Shown: piece by piece, positions 25,357 to 41,758 of the stretch
How positions within the stretch are numbered: position 1 is the stretch's first letter
How the letters are laid out: every line of letters begins with the position of its first letter
NCBI GenBank assembly: GCA_000165425.1
Contig: CT868041.1
Location: 124,001 to 188,000 of the forward strand
From: Paramecium tetraurelia
Taxonomy: Eukaryota
Length of the DNA stretch: 64,000 bases
Direction: 5' to 3'
Made by a program: the position numbers and the translations under genes
The notes under the pieces: generated by a model
Told to the model about the DNA's origin: nothing
Seen by the model: only the letters and a program-made list of their open reading frames with translations
Databases searched by the model: none

Positions 25357-26453
25357 ATGTAAAACCACCCTCATTAACTCTATCAAATTCCAGTCTAAGT
25401 AGTTCATCAACAATAATGCTCACCTATAATTTCAACGGTTAACCATCAACCATCTTCATATGAGATTAAGTACTATAATTAAATGGAAGTTCAATACAGA
25501 CAATAGTCCTAAATTTACAACAATTTTACAACACAATTACTCAATCAAAATAATCCAACATAGCCCTTTAATCCACAAATAATTTAAGGATAACAATAAT
25601 AATAACCTAGTTTTATAAATTAAACAGTGCCATAATAGCAAAATCATATCTAAAATATACAATTTCCTTAAAAACATTATTAACCTTAAATAGAATAGCC
25701 GTATATTTAAAATAGGGCCTAAAATTATTGTTAAAAATATAATTAACGTTCGATATCATCTGAATATGATAATTGTTGCCCTTAATCACATCCATATAAT
25801 AGTCGACCATAATTTTAATCTTCCAATGAATAGACTGAAGAAAAATTTTAACCACTTTCAGTTTTGTGGAAAGAAGATCTAGATTAAAAAACTAAATAAT
25901 TTGAATAAAAATAACCATAATAACTCCAATAAATATAACAAGCATCAAATCCATTAAAAAATTAAAAATTTCATAAAACTCAACCTTAAGTTAAAGAGAA
26001 TTAGTTATAGCTATTAACCTTAAATTATCAGAATGATTACATATATAGAGGCTAAGGCTATGAACCAGATATTAGAGAAGGTGATGGCACATTGACTGAC
26101 TAAAATGAAAATCTAGTTTATGCTGGTTAATGGAAGGATAATCAATAACATGGCAAAGGCAAATTGATTAATGTTGAACCAGAAGAGATTGAAGGTCCTT
26201 TCGATTATTAGGATTTTAACGAGATAAAAAATGGGTGGAGTTGGTATGAAGGTAATCAAACAATTAAATTATAGGTGATTTCTCTAAAGGCAATATGCAT
26301 GGTGAAGGAACACTGTAATTAACAAATGAGGAGTTTTTCAAAGGTCGATTTGTGGATGGAAAGATTGATGGTAAAGGTGAATTTACAACATTGAATGGCT
26401 AAAGTTTTACAGGATTTTGGGAAAAAGGAGTGTTAACTTTCGTTTAAGGTTGA
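25357..26453 (+). CDS. MORN-repeat protein with Q/N-rich N-terminus
   Basis: YAGQWKDNQQHGKGKL, YEGDFSKGNMHGEGTL, FKGRFVDGKIDGKGEF and FTGFWEKG repeats. Confidence 0.88.
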
Positions 26454-26483
26454 TTCAAGCATTCAATTTATAAATTAAATTAT

Positions 26484-27869
26484 ATGTTATATGATAGTAA
26501 AAGTTCCAAGATTTTCACACCTCTAAAGATATTCTCTGATTTAGATAAGAAGTATCAATCTCTCTATTTATTCTACTTTTAAGGAGGAACGATGCCATGG
26601 ATATTGTTTAACATCAACATGGCGAAGTGTAAAGTTATATTGAACAAGTCAATGATAAAACTATGATAGCAATTTAAATGGAAGTATAAAAATACCAATT
26701 AATTATAGGAATAAAGACTGAATCAAAGGTATTTCCATTTGCTTAATTAACTTGAAAAAACTAAGTTGCAAATCATCAAATTAGAAGAAAAATTGAGACA
26801 ACAAAATGAGTAATAGTTATTATATATTCGATTGTTTAGTCTTGAAAACCATCCTTAAATAAAATAAATCATCAGCGAATTATCAAAGATAGATCAGTAT
26901 CGATTATCATTGATCAATAAAGTACTGAGTTTATTATATTTTTTAGACTCAACAATTAACTCAAGAATTACAATTAAATCAATTTAGTATAAAAGAACTG
27001 AAAGAACAAGTTATAAACAAAAGACTATAAATCAGAGATTGGGTTAGAGACTGTTGGTCAATTTAACAATAAATTAATAATACTACATCGAATTACACTT
27101 AATCTACATCTAGAACAGTAACTAATTAAAGATTATTGATTAGTAAAGAATTCATTTACAAAGTCTCGATATCACTAGTAATAGAAGCAATGTCAATCTA
27201 TTTATAACTAATTAAGAATCAAATACAAATAGACTTAGTTTATCTCAATTACCTCCTATTACGCTGAAAAAGCACTCTAAAAGCAAATTATTAGATGTTC
27301 TTTAGAAAGCATCAGTAAGAGGATAATAATAGGTAAGATGAATTAATATTTTATCTATTTAGCCTGTAAATGATATTATTGAAATTTATAAATAAATCCA
27401 CATTTTGAGAAAATAGATTATTGAATGGAAACAAAATATTATAAAGAAATAGAACTAATACAGTTCTATCAGGAATTCATTTGTTTATTGTGCAAATCTA
27501 TCTTTAAAATTGTTAAAAAGTAAATAAAAGGTTACAAATCGTAATGGATATGCAAATTCAATTTATTTTGATATCAATACATCGATGAATCAATCTAATA
27601 CTGAAGTATCAAGCAATCACAATAGAGGAAGATAGATTTAAAATATTTTATATGATACTCTTAAATAAATAATGGTCAATATGATTGATACATAACAAAA
27701 TGATTAGCAGAATTCAAATGAAAAATCAATGTAATCAAACTATGTAATAATAGAATTAAAAATGCCATTTCTCTAGAATAATTTCTTTAATTTTCCTCAG
27801 AATAGATTTTAGGAATATTGGCACTTCAACCAAGATTAATGCAATAATTAATAGAGAAATTTGATATGA
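26484..27869 (+). CDS. Hypothetical coiled-coil protein
   Basis: Multi-exon ORF joined by tiny GT-AG introns; heptad-rich. The 3' end is approximate. Confidence 0.6.
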
Positions 27870-28036
27870 AATAGAGATAAATAGGATTACTATCTTAAAA
27901 GATGAAAATTTAAACTTAGCATTTCTGAATTTAATTTCATCTTTATATTAGAATGGATTAGAGTATTGCTTATTTCAAATAAATTACATCAATTATTTAA
28001 ATTTTAGTTTTTTAAATAAAACAATTATATAAAAGT

Positions 28037-29126
28037 TCATACATTAATAACTAAGGTTAATGCTTTAAGTACTGATGGTATGGGCATATGTTTATCATCC
28101 ATTTTTTTTGTTAAATCTTTAAAGACATTTAATTCTGATTGATTTAGTTAATGCTGCTCTATAAATTGTTCAATCACTTTAGTCGAATTATGATTAGTAA
28201 ATAAAGTTTATGGCTTAATTTCTGAATAATCTTAAGAATATGAGAGTTTTTTTTTAAGGTCTGTATTAGATTACGTATCTAGAGATGTTATATTTTAAAT
28301 TTAAATTGGATTTACTGTTTCCTTGAGATAATTCAAATTACAGATTGTAATTTCTAATTCTCTTAATTAGGTTTGATGACAATCACATGATTTAACTAAA
28401 TTAAGTAATTATTGATTCACTGATTCTAAAGCTAAAATCTTTAAAATAATAAATCAACTTATTACTTTTTGTTCTAGTTCTACTACTTTCCTTTAAAGAA
28501 TCAAATTCTCTCTTTAAAGTTTTTGATAATCTTCAGTTTTATGTTTTGATGAATTGTTCGTATATTCTCTGCTGTTGATTGTACTTTTTTAAGTAGATTC
28601 AATTTCAGGATTATGATACACTAAGTTCAATCTGCATTAATACATTATTTATTCATGTAGGATATATTATCATTCTCTTACATTTTAGCCAAGACTTATG
28701 CAATTGCTTATTATGATTGGGAGATGCTAATTTGTTTATTTTTTTATAAAGTAGACAATCTGGGATTGATGGGAGATCTTCTATAAGAGAGATGACTTAC
28801 TTATCATTGGGAGATGTCTTTCTTAATTTATCTGAACTGTCACTCAAATTTATTGTGGCTTTTCTTGCAGATAGAATGGCATTTTGTTGTTATAGAAATA
28901 GTCCATTTTGCATAGGCAAATTGAATACTTCACTTTTTTATTAGCTATTCCCACTAATTGCCTTATCCTTGACTTATTTAGTTCTAACAAATCAAATCAG
29001 TCAATACATTTTTTCCTTTGAAATACTCATTGGGTAATTTTTGGGTGGAGTCAGACTAGGAACTCTCTTCGTTGATAATATGTTTGATGCATTTAGTTGG
29101 TAGTAACTTCTATTAGTTGAATTCAT
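28037..29126 (-). CDS. Hypothetical protein with short coiled coil
   Basis: MNSTNRSYY start; 24-nt intron 28984-29007; LQRENLILQRKVVELEQK; ends PSVLKALTLVINV-TGA. Confidence 0.65.
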
Positions 29127-29272
29127 TTATAATTTATATGTTAAAATTATTAGTCAATATTATATTAATTTAATGACAATTTGGGATTGTAATTGGTGAT
29201 ACTTCCTTGTTCAACAGTTTTATGTATTGATACAATTATAAAACCTTGTCTAAAATGAATATTATAAATAAT

Positions 29273-30187
29273 ATGAATTAATAATTAAAAAAATTAGCAG
29301 TCCTTTTAGTGAGTAAGAAGAAAGACCACACTTGTCTACCGTATATGCAATAAATTCGAAATTAATTCCCTTAGCATACTTATTTAATAGATGATGATTA
29401 TAAAAATGAACCTGTGGATTTAGTCATAACCATCGGCGGTGATGGAACAATTTTGTAGAGCTACAAAACTAGTGTAGGCATGCATCTAGGATGTTCCAAT
29501 AAATATAGACTCCGCCTTTTGTGACATTTGGCAAAGGAACACTAGGATTCATGTGCATGTACAGCTTAAGAGATCAGTATGAAGTTCTAAAGAGCTTACA
29601 ATCTCCATATAATATAGAGTTGAAGAAGAGAATTCAAGGTAGCCTAAATGGTCAATACGTCTACACTGCTTTAAATGACTTTTTCATAACCAAAGGAAAT
29701 AGCATTCATGTGGTGTGTTTAGACATCTATGTCAATGATATGTTCGTGACTCAAGCCAGAGGAGGTATTTATTCAATTTGATTCATGTAGATGGCTTAAT
29801 TATAAGCACTCCGACTGGTTCAACAGCTTATTGTTTGAGTGCTGGGGGTCCTTTGATCTAAAATAGAGTCCCTTGTATAGCATTAGTGCCAATCTGTCCA
29901 TTGTCCTTATCATTTCGACCTTTAATTTTGCCTTTGGATGTGAAAATTAGCATAAAAATGAATGCCAATTCAAGGGGAGAAGGAGTTGTAATTTGTGATG
30001 GACAGGTGCAATACGATTTTAAGAGAAATGATTGTTTTGATATTACTCCTTCCTAGAATGATGTGCGGTGTATGTTTGTATCTACAATATAGTTGTTGTA
30101 TCTCCTGGACACCAAGATTTAGACTGGGTTATAAAATTGTAGAGAATGTTAAACTGGAATTCAAGATTTTAACAACCAAGAGATTGA
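29273..30187 (+). CDS. NADK: NAD+ kinase
   Basis: [23 protein letters not shown] and [21 protein letters not shown] motifs. An alternative in-frame ATG lies at 29255. Confidence 0.95.
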
Positions 30188-30241
30188 ATTATATATAAGA
30201 GGAAGTAAAATAATATATAAAATTAATTATTCATTTATTAT

Positions 30242-31852
<1,611 letters not shown>

Positions 31853-31929
31853 AATCAGAAACTTTAAAAATAGAAATTACATATGAATTGATTTATAAAT
31901 TATTTATTAAACTTCATTTCTTAAACTAT

Positions 31930-32873
31930 TCATTTCCTAAAAAATGTATTACCCTTTAGACTATTATTACTTTTATTTCCAGTGTAAGTTTATTTAAATT
32001 GCATTTTCATGTCATTGAATTGATAAGCATAATTTTACAATGAAATCTAATCAGATAGCTTAGGTGAAATAGTCTAAGTCTTATTTTCATATCTGAAGGT
32101 ATGTCCACTAGATCTCCTTCCTCCACCACCGCCTAATTTCATTGTATTCATAAATGTATCTAAATTTTACTTCAATCTTGGAGATGAATTTTTCTACTCA
32201 TTTTTACAATTAAATAAATAAGATATTTGTCTTTACATTTCTCTCAATTTATCGTCTTTGGCTTCTTATCTAGTTTTTGGGTATTGCTCTGGTTTTGGAG
32301 GGGACAAAACTTTTAATGGAGAATTTCTTCTATCCAAAAGCGGTGGAGTATTGAACTAATTGATTGAAAAATCTCCTTAGATATTTATGTATTTAGTTGG
32401 GGAATTGTTTGATTTGTAACTGTTAAATAAATCTGAAAACTATTATGAAGATCCTGATTTTTATAAGATTGATTTTTGGATGACAGAAGATTTTAGTTAT
32501 TAATTTGTTTAAATGTAGGACTAGACTTGTTGTTTCTATTTTTAGAATTACTATCTGTTTTGTTCCTATTAAATTTATTATTCTGCACTTGTCCATTATT
32601 TTTCAAATTCTTCTAATGTAATCTACCCACTTTTTGATATGTTCAAGTATGAAAAGATAGATTGGATCTAGCTAGGATTAAATTATAATTAATCTCTTAC
32701 TCTTTCTATGTAATACCATGATTATTATTGAGTTCTTGAGATAGTTCATTCAATTCAATTGTACCGTTTTTATTTGAATCAATTGAGTCAAAGGTACTCT
32801 TAAGATCTGAGAATTTGGATTGCAATGTTGTTTTAATCTATTTCCATAGCTAAAGAGTTTAAAGCATATCCAT
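31930..32873 (-). CDS. EF-hand-containing protein
   Basis: TFDSIDSNKNGTIELNEL is a canonical EF loop near the N-terminus; low-complexity S/Q/K tail. Confidence 0.75.
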
Positions 32874-32914
32874 ACTATTTGTAATTAAAATAAATAAAAA
32901 ATATTGTAATTAAA

Positions 32915-33723
32915 ATGCTTTTTGGATTGGTGACAAGTAAGTAAACACATTATTTTGATCCCAAAACAAATGATAGACATGATGATCTCGCATTTGATCT
33001 TGCAAAATACAATAACGCTAAAATAAGTGGGACTATATTTAAATTTTAGTTGTCGCTTACCCTTTCTTATTAAATTAAATTAAATAGAAGATAGGTGAGT
33101 AACTATAGATTCAACTTTTCAATTTAAGTGATATACTTTAAGCTAGAAATGAAAACTATTTGCTAAGAATGATAAGCGATAAGAAAAAATTTAGTTAGAA
33201 AGAGAATTAGATAATCAAATTGCGAAGGTTTATTTCAAAAACAAATGAAGGTGTAGAAATTATATCAAATAAAGAGTTTGAATGAACATTTAGTCCAACA
33301 TAAACTATTGAAGATTAATATTATCTATTTTCTTAAGAAGTAACTATTAAAAATACAAGTAGAAATGTGGATTCAATTTCATAATTTAAGGATGCCCTAA
33401 ATCTAGCAAGCATTCAGGCCGTTTCACAAACACATCAATAAGAATTATACTCAAATATAGGATTTATTTGTGACCTCGTCATATCCAATCTAGCAAATAG
33501 TGTCCTCATTATTAGTAATAATTTACAAAGCTTTTCGTCATTAAATTTTGTTAAAGATAGACCATATTTTAAGCAATTATTCGGTGGTATCTCTCTAAAA
33601 TAATTAATGAATCAAATTCTTTATTTGATTAAGTTTGATAATTATATAAATTTTTATTGGTTTCATCTAATAAAAAAAAATAATAAAAATAGTAAATCAA
33701 GTTTTATTGATTTCATTGATTGA
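32915..33723 (+). CDS. Hypothetical protein (exon structure uncertain)
   Basis: Coding-like frames (HDDLAFDLAKYNNAKII; FKDALNLASIQAVSQ) separated by intron-like segments. Confidence 0.4.
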
Positions 33724-33738
33724 TATATAAAACTATTA

Positions 33739-34581
33739 TCACAACTAATCATTGAGTTCTGTAATCTGTTTATATCTCCATTAATTAATGTAAATAGAGT
33801 TTACGATCATTGCCACAGAACATACTATTTCTAAAACAACAGTAAAATTGTAAAATGAAAATGAGCATTCCATTTGTCCCTAAAGATTTATAAAATGTAT
33901 GGATTACCTTCATTTTATCTTCAATTTAAAACTCTTCTTATAAATTACATAGATTATAGTTATTTATTTGAGAAGTTCTAATTGAGACATAATCAAAATA
34001 TGCACTTATTAACTAAATAATATTAATAAAATAAATACTAAAAGAATTGCAAATGATATCCCAATTTGAAAACTTAGTTCTGCATACTTTTTATTTGTTT
34101 TTCGTAATGCGTAAATTCCAATGAGTGCACTAGATATTGATAATAATATAAAGCATAATCTAATCTCTGAAATAGCAATCTCCCAAGGGCATTCAATCTT
34201 TAATATAGTTAATAAATTACTATAGCACTAGCTTGAAGATCTTTCTTCACCTTCAAGAATATTTCAGATCTTATTGGTCCACTAATAGTTTTACAATTCA
34301 TCGTTCTTCTCATCTCGACACAAATATAATGACCTCCTGTTAATATGTAGAAAATTGATAATACTGTTGTTAGCAGATTCGATCTCACAAGTCCATTTAT
34401 CATCTGAACCCACAATACTGTAAAAAAGCAAAATACATAATAATCCCTTGAGATCAATTCATTTATTTACCAAAGCAACCAAATTAACAATTAAGCTTTT
34501 TTTAGTGTTGCCATCACTTTCATACAATAATTTTTTAGCTTGCCAAATTTCTTTATTGGTTTTTGCCTAGAGGTCAAGCAT
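33739..34581 (-). CDS. Four-TM membrane protein with Cys-containing loops
   Basis: MLDLQAKTNKEIW start; five tiny introns; four hydrophobic segments; loops KWTCEIE...YICVE...NCK...ECPWE and NLCN...MECSF. Confidence 0.7.
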
Positions 34582-35074
34582 ATTTTAATACGTGTAAAAT
34601 ATTATTAATATTTTCCATTTAACAATTTTCTAAAAACAGCTACTCAAACTTCTAATTAAAATACTCTTTATTTATTGAATGAGAATTAAATTAGTACTTT
34701 CAAAAGAATTAGTAATAAATAATTTAGTTAAGATCTTAGTTAAATTTGAAATTATCACATAGGTTTGACTTATTATTAGTGAATATTCTTACTAAGACTG
34801 TTTAATCTCAAATTTTAGGGATTTAAAAATCTTGAAATACTCAGATTAGTTATGACTTTTCCTGCCTTTCTAGAAGAGTAGTATAAAATTAACTTAATTT
34901 GAAAAAAATTTGTTAAATTTAAAAAGCAAAAAATAATAATTCCTAGTATGTAAATGTTCTATAATACATATTTTTGAATAACTATAAAATCTCTCAAATT
35001 TAAATAGTCATCCAATTCTTTTACCAGAGAAAATAAAATTAATTAATTTTACATTTGGTACCTTAATTATTGAC

Positions 35075-38000
35075 ATGGCAAATCGTCTTAAAAAACTTTA
35101 GCTCTTCTATGTAAATGAATTTTATAGAATATACAATAAAATAAGGAGAAACAAATCTAATAGCATTATGCTTTTCATAATTTAGCACTTTTAGCTCTTT
35201 TATTTACTCCATTAATCCTTTACAAATTTATTTAAGAATAATTCAAGGCCATTGGTATTAATCAATTACATTTGTTAGTATATTACGTATATATTTAAAA
35301 ATACGCTAGATTGGATTTTAATAGTGAGAATTTTGTCCATTGGAATGAAATATTTTTAATCGCAATTTTTATTGGACAGTTGTTACTTGTTCTGAGTTTG
35401 CTATTATTATTATTATAATAAAAAGTGGAAGACAGAAGTAATAAACAAGATTTACAGAATCAATTAATACTGCTCAAAAATTTGGGGTTAGAGGTAATTA
35501 TTAAAACTAATTTAGAAAGCAAAATTTAGAAAAGTACTGATCATTTTCATTTAAAACTTAGAATACTATGTTTCCTTCTTTATTAAAATATCAATTCATT
35601 TATTAAATTGTCCCATCATGTATTTAGCTATGAAAGAGTTTAAATTGTAGTTGAATTAAGGTATATATATATAAATAGATTAAGAATAAAATTCTTATGC
35701 TTTTGGCATAAATATGCAATTGATTTCTCTTTTAGTAATAATATTCAATTAGTTAATTATAAGCTATTATGAGGTCCATAACAATTAATTTTCGTTTAAG
35801 CAAAAAGACTATTTAACATACTGCTCGTCAGTTTATACTAAACTTTAAACCTACTTATTGTAATTTCTATTATTTTTAATATCTTTGATTAATAATCTTA
35901 ATATGGATGTAATAATAGCAAATCTAATCAATATTAGTTTGCTTATTCCAATCTTTAATCTTTCAATTAAACACCCGAAATATGACGATTAAACATCGAA
36001 TTATATGCACATCCAAACGTTCTCAATACTTCTTTTAGTCAATTTAATCGTTCTAATTTTTAGTTAAATTTTAAATTTGGAATTTTCAGAAATCATACTA
36101 ATGATATCCCCATTAGCATTTTATGTTACACATTTAAAAATTTAGTAGGAATCACTTATTTAATAAGCTGATTTCAACCAGCGCATACGATCTTTGTATA
36201 ATCAATGTCATACTGCTATTGGGAAGAACGGAATGTTGATAGACGAAGTTTAATATCGACTTCCCAAAGATCTAAGATTGTATGTTTTTTCAACCAATCA
36301 TTTTATAAACTGCTAAAATAAACCTTAATGCTTTTGTCATTAGTATAGGGTTGAATCAGGTAGTTTCATCTCAAGATTAAATTTTAAAAATTATCTCAAA
36401 AATTTAATTCGTCTTTCTTTTGAAGAAAATTTGAAAGGCAAAAATTTAGCAATTGAAAATGATTTCACAACAAACTTTTATTATATTTTGTACATTTCTT
36501 AAATTAGCAAATAACCAGCAAAAGCATTTTATGAATTAACAAAGTTAAAAATCTAAAGTGAAAAATCGATGAAATTATTAAATAAAATGTACTTGAATTC
36601 TATAGAATAATATGTAAAAGATGACTTTAATAAAATGATTGAATTGAAAAACATTACAAATCAGAAATACATATGTTTCAAAGTATTCTATTATGATATT
36701 GCGATTAAATTATGGAAATAGCAATTTATTGCTTCTTTGAAGTAATAGAAAAATTGGTACAGCCTAATTTAAAATAGAAATATTATTGAATTAATAAAAG
36801 ATGGAAAATAATTGCAAAATAAGAATAAGGAACTTGAGAAAAGCCTAAAATATTTATTCAAATAAAACCCAATATCACCCGAATGCTCGCTCTTAATATC
36901 TCTATTTTACAAATATATTTATTTTAATCACAAGAAAATTGAAATACCATCATTAGATTCACAATTAGTTTATAAATTTTAGAATTCAAATAATGGAATT
37001 CTATTTCTAAAAGATGCCGCACTTGTTTATTTGACTCTAGTTGACACAAAAGGCATAATTAAAAACTATACAAAAACATTCAAACAAGCAGTTTATGCAA
37101 GTGATTCACAAATTTTAAACAATTCAATAAATGATTTCATTCCAAAAATTATAGCCAAAGTTCATGATTAATTCCTAGACAACTTTGTCGAACAAGGTAG
37201 AATACATATAATGAAATCTGAAAAAAGATTTTTATTAGTTAAGAACAAAAAAGGGTTTATTTTCCCTATAATTGCTAAGGTACGATTAGAAACAAATTTG
37301 TTTAATGACTTTGGTTCTTCTGCTTTGATTCTTCCAGCTAACAATAATTATCATTACATCCTATTAAACTACTATGGATTGATAGAAGAAATAAGCGAAA
37401 AGTTATTCACTTAGGTGTTCTAGCCAATTTTAAGAATAGATCTTGATTAACTATAAAATATAGATTGTTTAAAATTGATACCAAAATTAATTAAAACTTG
37501 GAAGAACATGAATTCCAATAAGATTTTAGATCCTGAACTAAAGGATTTAATATAATCCTATTTGGTAATACCTAAAAAATTAAAGAAGTAAAATATGCTC
37601 ACTTCAACAGTATTGTAGATAAATCAGACAATTTAGGAGTTTCTTAAAGACTAGGATAAAATTAATGAAAAGTATTTTTAAAATATGAAAGAAATGTTTA
37701 TGTTTAGGATAAACTTTAGAATTATAGAATTTTATACATTTTAGGGAACGTAAGTATATACATTTATTTTAGGATTTATTGCATTGAAATCTAAAATATT
37801 AAGACTGTTAAGTAATCTTAAAGGCTTGATATATATTATAATATCATCGAAAAATCTGATTATTCTCATATTAGTTTCAAAAAAATCAAGACAATCCAAG
37901 AGAAAAATGAGAAGATTAAGCTTTAACAAAAAGTACTAGAAAAATCTACCTACAAAGATACTTTTGGCTTTATTAAATTATAAAATGATTCTTAAACCCT

Positions 38001-40290
38001 ATGCAATTTAGAGGCTGATAAAATAGTAGAAGATGATTACATGATTAAATAAAAGGAAATGCAAATTTAACTTGTTAATCCACTTTATCAATATGAAGTA
38101 AATTATAAATTACAATTAATTTTAGATCGAAAATAATTCTCACTTAGTGAGTTAGTCAAATAGTTAAGGTAAGAAATAGATAGAACAATAAGCCTAAAAA
38201 ATGCAATCCTCAATCACTCACAACCTATATACATTTAATAACTTCAATAGTAATCTTTCAAATCCATTGAGTTAATTATTTTCATAAGATTAAAATAAAT
38301 ACATCGTTCATTCAAGTGCAGTTTTGGAGGGCTTAAATGAAAATAGAGAATCAATTAAATCACTGAATTCTTTAGATGTACCACTGTCTGAGGAAAATGG
38401 CTTTTTTGAAATGGAATAACTTAATTCTGTTTCATCCTCATAAGTTAGTCATTATAAGTTAAAGAAAAATCAGATTAAACATAATCTCTTTGATTAGAAT
38501 TCCAAATTACATAGGCTTATTAGGATTATCAACGTCTTAATATTTATAATCCTTATAGTATGTAATATTTGGTATTTTTACCATTTGAACCAATAAAATT
38601 AATTTATTAGTCAGTCATTGAGGAATTATGCAATTTCCAACAGTTTCAATATAAGAATAAATTAATTCATACTTAGCTATGAACTTGAAAGCACATAATT
38701 ATTTAATTATAGCCAATACAGTAAATTTTGCTCCAGTTAATTCTAACAGGATATTTCTTTCCTTTACTACTATTTTCCAAACCTTGTATAAACAACTGGT
38801 AAAATTTACTATAAGATTTAGTTCCATTTATATCAATTAATGCTGCCCAAAATATAACAAATCAAAGCTTTTATTAATCCCTAGGATATATTTCATAATA
38901 TTTACTCTCTTTGAGCAATGGCCTTAATGAGTAATATTATTTGGAAATCATTGCTCGAAATTTTATCATGTTCTCATAACAAATAAAATTTTTTAATTCT
39001 ACAGGTGTATAATTAGCTGTTGATGAATTTTATAGTTCTCAATCTGATATGAGATCTGTATTCTATATCACACTGCTTTGTGTTTTTTTAGTTACAATGT
39101 TTTACTTAATCATATTGATAATAATCCTTAGAGCAAAACATAAAATAATGTAACTATTTCACACATTCCCAAAAAGTTAAATGGTCGCTTTGATTGGCTC
39201 AATTGAAATTATTTTACATTTTTTGGACTATATCGATTTTATTAATCATCAAACAACTGATTAATTGTTAGAATAAGTAAAACAAAAAATAGCTTCAAGT
39301 CCTGGGATGATGAAAATCCTTCAACTCAATGCAGTCTAAAAAAATTAGTAAAACTAAGATTTCAGTAAAAGTAGTAATTTATCCTAGATTCTAGCTTCTT
39401 TAATTTATGTAGTATATACTGTGTCTTTAGTTTTCATTTACTTTCTCATTGCATCATAATATATAGGTTAATTTATTTATCAAACTGAATTTGAAAGCAC
39501 AATAATAGACTTATTTGAGCAATTAGTATTATATAAATCCTCTTAAATCTATGTTTTGGAATTTTAGAGTTTTTAAAAATTGCTCATACAATATGAATAA
39601 CTTAAACAAAATGATATTCTATTTTTAAATAAGAGTAATAAATTATGTTATTTAGGGGATGAAGCTTTAATTTATATGGAAAACTAATTATCGATCTTTC
39701 AAGAGTTTATTCAAAGGATGAATAATTAGAAAACCTACCAAATCTCTGGTTTTAAAGGCACTTTAACAAGTGAATCCTGTCAAGCCTTCTCTCTTTTGAT
39801 TTAGAGTTAAAACAATGATGCTGATTATTTTAATGAATACTATTGTAGACAATTAGATAGCTTAAGATCTGGTCTGATTGTCTAATTAGTAAATTTATCA
39901 TAAAACTTTAAACAACTGTTTATTATTTCTCATGATAATCTCTAATAGTTTAATGAATATTTGGATTCAATAAGCAAAGTAAATTTAGAGGATTAAATTT
40001 AAAATCTATTATATACATCTTAAATATTGAGTCTTTTACATGATTCTATTTAATATGAATCTGAAATAAAACTACAAAATAATAGATTAATTCACCTTTT
40101 GCTTTTTATTTTTGGATTGATTTCCTACTTAATCTTTATTTTTATTAGTAATAACAAATTAAAAGTATATCTATATAATGAGTTGGTCAAAACAAAATAA
40201 CTTTTTTTATTGATACCTTTAGATGTACTTTGTGAAAATCCATATATCCTTTAGCTGCTGGCAGAAAGAATTGAAAGTAGTTAAAATTGA
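35075..40290 (+). CDS. Large multi-pass membrane protein with PAS domain (TmcB/TmcC-like)
   Basis: N-terminal TM bundle, HFINCQNKPQCFCH motif, PAS-like GIIKNYTKTF...SINDFIPKIIAKVHDQFLDNF...KNKKGFIFPI, four later TM helices, ending LLIPLDVLCENPYI. About 1700 aa; start approximate. Confidence 0.8.
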
Positions 40291-40469
40291 ATATTTAAAA
40301 TGTATTAAATTTCAATATTATACTAATATTCTAATATTCTATTGCTATTTATGAATTGAAAATAAGTAAATGTTGTTTTGATATTCATCCTTAATATGAG
40401 ATTAGTTTTTTTGCCTTTTGAAACTGTGCGTATAAAATTTATTTATAAATATTAAATTTTTGGTTGTTA

Positions 40470-41486
40470 ATGTTTTATAAACCTAAGTTAATATCTCCAA
40501 ACAGAACATAATCTCCAGTTGTAGTGCATAAACAATCAATTACTTAAGTAAGTAATCCACTTTTACCCTAATAACAATATCAAGCTCAAACGTATTATGC
40601 ATCATCGAAAACAACTCCAATAAAAAATTTAGAATAGAAATTTGAAGCAATTAAGCAAAATATCAATATGACTCATTAAAGTTAATTGTCTCCAGAAAGA
40701 AATAAACCAGCAGTTACGAATGATTTTGAGATGTAGATTATACGGAATGATATTGTATTTAAAGATCAAAAGATTGCAGCATTATAAAAAGCGCTTGATT
40801 TGTCAAATGATGATAGAAACAAATTAAGATCAGCTTTAGAATAGAAATCTAATCTGTGTGTCAATAAAGAAAGAGAGATAGCCAAATTATTAGCCACAAT
40901 CCATTAAATTGAATTTAAGAAAAGTGAAAGCTAAATCGTTAAGGATCTTTAACTCTAGATTGAAACTCTAAAAACATTCATTTAAGAGAATGCTTTAGAT
41001 AAATCAAACTTAAAAAATGAAGATGCTAATCAATTTAAGGCCAAAGTGGCTCAACTCCAAGAATAATTGGCATAATAAATTAATTAGAATTAATCACTCT
41101 AATAATATATGAAGGAACTTATGAATTAGAATAAAGTATTGTCATAGAAATATACTGAAAAATGCATTGAATATTAAAAACTTGAGATGCAATTAGATGA
41201 AATCAAAATATTATAAAATGAACTTAAAGGGAAGGCTGAAGAAATAGAAATATTAAAAGGGGAACTCAGCAATGATAATACAACAATTTAGACAAGAGAA
41301 TAAAGTGCTTTTGATCAATAAAACGAAATTTAGAAATTTCTTTCTCAAATAAAACAACAATATTTAGAGGATAATCCTAAAATGGACACTGATGATCAAG
41401 ATACTATTAATGTTTATAAGCATTTATATAGTTTTTAATCTACAGACGATTTAGCTAAAGGGGAACCTTAGAAAATAAATAAATGA
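40470..41486 (+). CDS. Coiled-coil protein
   Basis: Long code-6 ORF MFYKPKLISPNRTQSP... with heptad repeats; TGA 41484-41486. Confidence 0.7.
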
Positions 41487-41758
41487 TTTATTATAACTAT
41501 ATATTTAGAATGGTTTTAATCTATGCAAATAATTATCTCTTTAATAAATTTATAGATTATTTAGTAACTATCATTGTTATTAGAATTAACAAATCAAAGA
41601 CTCATATTCTTTAAGTTTGTTTTATAAAATTCACTATTTTTGAAATGAGTCTAATAATTGTATGAACATTATTATTAATGATAATTAGAGATTGAAATTG
41701 GGATATTATAGAATATTATCTTAAATAATGTTTTATATTGACTATTGTTTGTAATACT

